DNA of 64,000 nt from an uncultured Methanosarcinaceae archaeon (GTDB lineage: Archaea > Halobacteriota > Methanosarcinia > Methanosarcinales > Methanosarcinaceae). The stretch is taken from assembly GCA_963847185.1 (NCBI GenBank), contig CAWJYV010000007.1, positions 640,001-704,000 of the forward strand, written 5' to 3'. The translations under genes and the position numbers were made by a program. Below are positions 60,824 to 64,000 of the stretch, piece by piece (the stretch's first letter is position 1; each line of letters opens with the position of its first letter). The notes under the pieces are model-generated. The model saw nothing but the letters and a program-made list of their open reading frames with translations, searched no databases and was not told where the DNA came from.

Positions 60824-61573
60824 ATGCTGAATAATACATATATTCATATTCCGGGTATAGGGAAGAATCTCGAGCAGAAAATCTGGGCTCAGGGAATACA
60901 TACATGGGAAGAGTTCCTTGAGATGAAAGAGATAATTCAAATCCCTTCTGCCCGGAAAGTCAGAATTTGCGAAGGAATTGGGGAATCCTCTGAGCGTCTG
61001 GCTTCGAAGGATTACTCTTTTTTTTCGCAGTGTCTCCCTTCTGTGGAACACTGGAGAGCTTATCCTGTATTTTCCGACTCTGTCGCGTTTGTTGATATTG
61101 AGACAACGGGCCTTTCTCAACATCGAGATAAAATTACCATTATTGGAATTTATGACGGGAAAAAACCAAAAACATATGTAAAAGGTATAAATCTCGATGA
61201 TGCCGTCGAAGAGTTTTCAAAATACGGACTGCTCGTTTCTTTCAACGGTGCTCGTTTTGATCTCCCCTTCATAAAGTCCGAATTTCCTGATATTAAATTT
61301 AATCAACTCCATATTGACCTGATGTATCCGTTAAGAAGAATTGGATACAGTGGAGGTCTCAAAAAAATTGAAAAACTACTCGGAATCTCCAGAAGTGAAG
61401 ATACTGAAGGTATAACTGGGTTTGATGCTGTCAGGCTCTGGAAAAAGTATGAGAGAGGGGATCAGGAAGCTCTGAACCTACTTGTTAAATATAATGAAGA
61501 GGATATTGTAAATCTGAAGACGATTATAGAGCTCACTTACCCTAAAATGGTTGAAAAGGCTCTAGAGGTCTGA
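60824..61573 (+). CDS. RNase H-like (YprB-type) 3'-5' exonuclease domain protein
   Basis: FVDIETTGL, SFNGARFDLPF, HIDL, GGLKKIE, YNEEDIVN. Confidence 0.87.
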   Translation: MLNNTYIHIPGIGKNLEQKIWAQGIHTWEEFLEMKEIIQIPSARKVRICEGIGESSERLASKDYSFFSQCLPSVEHWRAYPVFSDSVAFVDIETTGLSQHRDKITIIGIYDGKKPKTYVKGINLDDAVEEFSKYGLLVSFNGARFDLPFIKSEFPDIKFNQLHIDLMYPLRRIGYSGGLKKIEKLLGISRSEDTEGITGFDAVRLWKKYERGDQEALNLLVKYNEEDIVNLKTIIELTYPKMVEKALEV

Positions 61574-61675
61574 AGGCTAGAATCTTTTCAAGATCCGAAA
61601 TTAATAAAAGACAAAGATCTCAGGCAGTAGGTATATATTTTCCATTAATACTTATACCTTATACTGATGGTCTTA

Positions 61676-61745
61676 GATTCTGTCTCATGGTAGATACTGG
61701 CCTTTTGATAGACTCTGTCTCATAGTACATACCAGCCCTTTGAAA
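61676..61745. repeat. Imperfect 35-bp tandem duplication upstream of pgi
   Basis: gattctgtctcatggtagatactggccttttgata / gactctgtctcatagtacataccagccctttgaaa. Confidence 0.65.
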
Positions 61746-61799
61746 AATGTTGTCAACCGTTTAAAATTATCTCTGTGCTTATCAGGAAAGGGGAATTTA

Positions 61800-62540
61800 A
61801 TGGAATTAACACTGAAGTTTGGGGACAAAACCACTGTAGCAGATATAAGAAAACTCCATGATATGGAAGATGTAGTGTTTGATAAAGAATGGTTTGAGAG
61901 AACAGAAATCAGAAATAAAGATACATACTATATGTTCAGAGATCTTGCTAAAAGTGATGCTGACCTTCAGACAATTACATCGAATCATCTGAGATACGAT
62001 ATTACTGTAATTCCGGCTGGAATGCTAGGGTCGGAATATATTAAAACCGTAGGGCACTACCATCCTCGAGTTCCCGGGACAGATATTTCTTATCCTGAGA
62101 TTTATCAGGTACTTGAAGGTTCTGCTACCTATCTCCTTCAAAAAGTGGAGTATGGAAAGGAGGATTTCGCTCTGGATGTTGTAGTCATCACAGCGGAAAA
62201 AAATGATCTGGTGCTCGTTCCTCCCGGATATGGGCATGTGACCATAAATGCTTCTGATAAGACTCTTGAGATGGCAAATTGGGTTTGCCGTGATTTTAAC
62301 TCTATTTATGAGCCTATTAAGAGGCTTTCCGGAGCTTCCTACTTCCTTCTTGATGATGGTTTTGTCAAAAATCCTCTTTACAGGAAGGTCCCATCCATTC
62401 GCCATCTTGAGCCTCTGCCTCCCAATACTCTTGGGTTGAGTTCTGGGGAAAACATGTATGAGCTCGTGCATGAAATTGAAAAACTCCGGTTTTTGACAGC
62501 TCCACAGGACTTCATGGGATTTTTTACAGGAATATTCTAA
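61800..62540 (+). CDS. Cupin-type glucose-6-phosphate isomerase
   Basis: LRYDITVI, KTVGHYH, YPEIYQVLEG, VPPGYGHVTIN. Confidence 0.88.
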   Translation: MELTLKFGDKTTVADIRKLHDMEDVVFDKEWFERTEIRNKDTYYMFRDLAKSDADLQTITSNHLRYDITVIPAGMLGSEYIKTVGHYHPRVPGTDISYPEIYQVLEGSATYLLQKVEYGKEDFALDVVVITAEKNDLVLVPPGYGHVTINASDKTLEMANWVCRDFNSIYEPIKRLSGASYFLLDDGFVKNPLYRKVPSIRHLEPLPPNTLGLSSGENMYELVHEIEKLRFLTAPQDFMGFFTGIF

Positions 62541-62789
62541 AAAAACTATTTCAAAAATAGTTGTTAGATTTTTATCTTCAAAGCTTTATATGCTTTGATT
62601 CTCTTTTTCTTGCAATTCGTTCTGAACAATCCTGATTTTCCTTTATTTTTAAGAGCGGTTCTCTAACTTTGAAACAGGCTAAAAGCGCAAGAGTTTTAGA
62701 CAATATACTTTGGTAATTAGACAACATAATTTGGTAATAATACACAACTTATAAGAGGCATAAATACCTTCAATTAGTGGAGGGTTGAA

Positions 62790-63548
62790 ATGAAAAAAAA
62801 TGGATACCGTGTTCAATTTACATCATCCAGAATCAAGGATCTTATGTACAGGACTACTTTTGATCCCAAAAAGATGGATGGAGATATTATACTTAATCTC
62901 TCTATTATTGATAAAAAGGACCTTGATGACGTACTTAGAATCTTTAAGGTGGTTATCTCAAGCGGACTCTCAGTAACTCCCTATGTAAAAATAATCTCTG
63001 AAGGGGAGTCCATTGGAGACCTGACTATTGAAAAGGGAAAGGTAGGTATCGGGACAGTATGCAGTATAACAATTGATGGTGTTCTGCTCAAAGCAGGCAT
63101 TCCCATAAATCCGAAGCTAGGCGGAGTTGTTCAAATTCGAAATGGGATCCCGGTACGCTTTACTGATGTACTAACTTATGTAAGCACAACTGTAGACCCT
63201 CTTGAAATTCTGATGTCACAGGGTATTACTTCTGTTTCGGAAATGCTCAGAACAGGTTCAGGCAAAATCCTCGCAAACCTCAGAGAAGCCCCCATGGTTG
63301 CAAGAGACGAGATAGAAAGTTGTCTTTCTGATCTTCTGGATGCAGGTTTCAGTGGTATTCTGGAAGTCGGAGAACCAAATACAAGGGTTCTGGATGTCCC
63401 CATTGAGAGAGACCATCTTGGAATAGTGGTCATAGGAGGAACAAATCCTATGGCTGTTGTACAGGAATATGGAATCTCGATAAATACCAGCGCAATGTCA
63501 AGACTAATTTCATTTAAAGAGATGAGCAGAATTGAAGATCTGATCTAA
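62790..63548 (+). CDS. NrpR regulatory-domain (DUF128) protein without HTH, NrpRII-like
   Basis: [40 protein letters not shown]; 252 aa with no N-terminal wHTH. Confidence 0.8.
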   Translation: MKKNGYRVQFTSSRIKDLMYRTTFDPKKMDGDIILNLSIIDKKDLDDVLRIFKVVISSGLSVTPYVKIISEGESIGDLTIEKGKVGIGTVCSITIDGVLLKAGIPINPKLGGVVQIRNGIPVRFTDVLTYVSTTVDPLEILMSQGITSVSEMLRTGSGKILANLREAPMVARDEIESCLSDLLDAGFSGILEVGEPNTRVLDVPIERDHLGIVVIGGTNPMAVVQEYGISINTSAMSRLISFKEMSRIEDLI

Positions 63549-63662
63549 AATCTGAAATGTCCTTCTTTCTAAAAGTCTCTTTTCACGAGCTTTTATTTAG
63601 CATTCATTCGGCTTTTTGTTCGGCTTCCTAAGTTTTGTCTCTTTTCTTGTTTCTTTTATTTA

Positions 63663-64000
63663 TTAACCCTTCTTTCGCAACTGTTCCCCTATAAACAAAT
63701 TAAGCCTCCTGGCAAATTCTTCTTTTGCATTTTCAGGAATAGTTGCTCCGGCTGCAATATCGTGTCCGCCTCCCATCCCTCCAACTTCTGCCGAAACCGT
63801 CGACATGGCTTCCGAAAGGTTTACCCCTCTTCTTATGAGATCCTGCGTTCCCCTGGCTGAGACTTTAATTCCTCCGTCGGCTTTTGCGAAGGCAATAATC
63901 GGAAGATTCCTGTTCTCAACTATTGTGGAACTCATGCCTGCAATAATTCCTACAATGGTTTCTTTAATCTCCGAACCTGCATCAAAATATTGAATATTTT
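63663..64000 (-). CDS. DHH/DHHA1 (RecJ-like) phosphoesterase, C-terminal part (runs off window end)
   Basis: KVSARG, GGMGGGHDIAAGA. Confidence 0.85.
   Translation of the reverse strand, partial: NIQYFDAGSEIKETIVGIIAGMSSTIVENRNLPIIAFAKADGGIKVSARGTQDLIRRGVNLSEAMSTVSAEVGGMGGGHDIAAGATIPENAKEEFARRLNLFIGEQLRKKG

Noticed and set aside
712-63993. Many antisense or overlapping ORFs in the six-frame track (e.g. 3116-3565, 4006-4551, 12726-13268, 20766-21317, 50153-50683)
   Set aside because: Shadows of well-supported genes on the opposite strand or frame

Overview
AT-rich archaeal chromosomal window, very probably Methanosarcina. The basis is a MtaA-type methyltransferase, class II LysRS, a Thg1-like protein, an NrpRII-like protein, PKD/NosD/CARDB/PGF-pre-PGF surface proteins and GGTGA/GAGG ribosome-binding sites. 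It is mostly housekeeping and cell-surface genes: HPS-RraA fusion, RecQ, CPA2 antiporter, Maf, cysS, lysS, Lhr, a polar amino-acid ABC transporter, a tusA-dsrE-iscS-iscU cluster, tyrS, thg1, mdh and a cupin PGI. A decayed accessory patch at about 22.3-25.4 kb holds an IS701-like element inside a membrane-protein gene plus MNT/HEPN and HicB remnants. No rRNA, tRNA or CRISPR array was seen. The most notable observations are: (1) an IscS-like protein lacking the PLP lysine, clustered with TusA/DsrE sulfur carriers; (2) several intact genes that appear to need ATA/ATT/ATC/CTG start codons; (3) an unannotated 34-aa Cys-rich ORF divergent from a Cys-rich wHTH regulator; (4) a secreted GH16-like PKD protein; (5) predicted RNA structures upstream of cysS and lysS. 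All family calls come from motif recognition by eye, not database searches.
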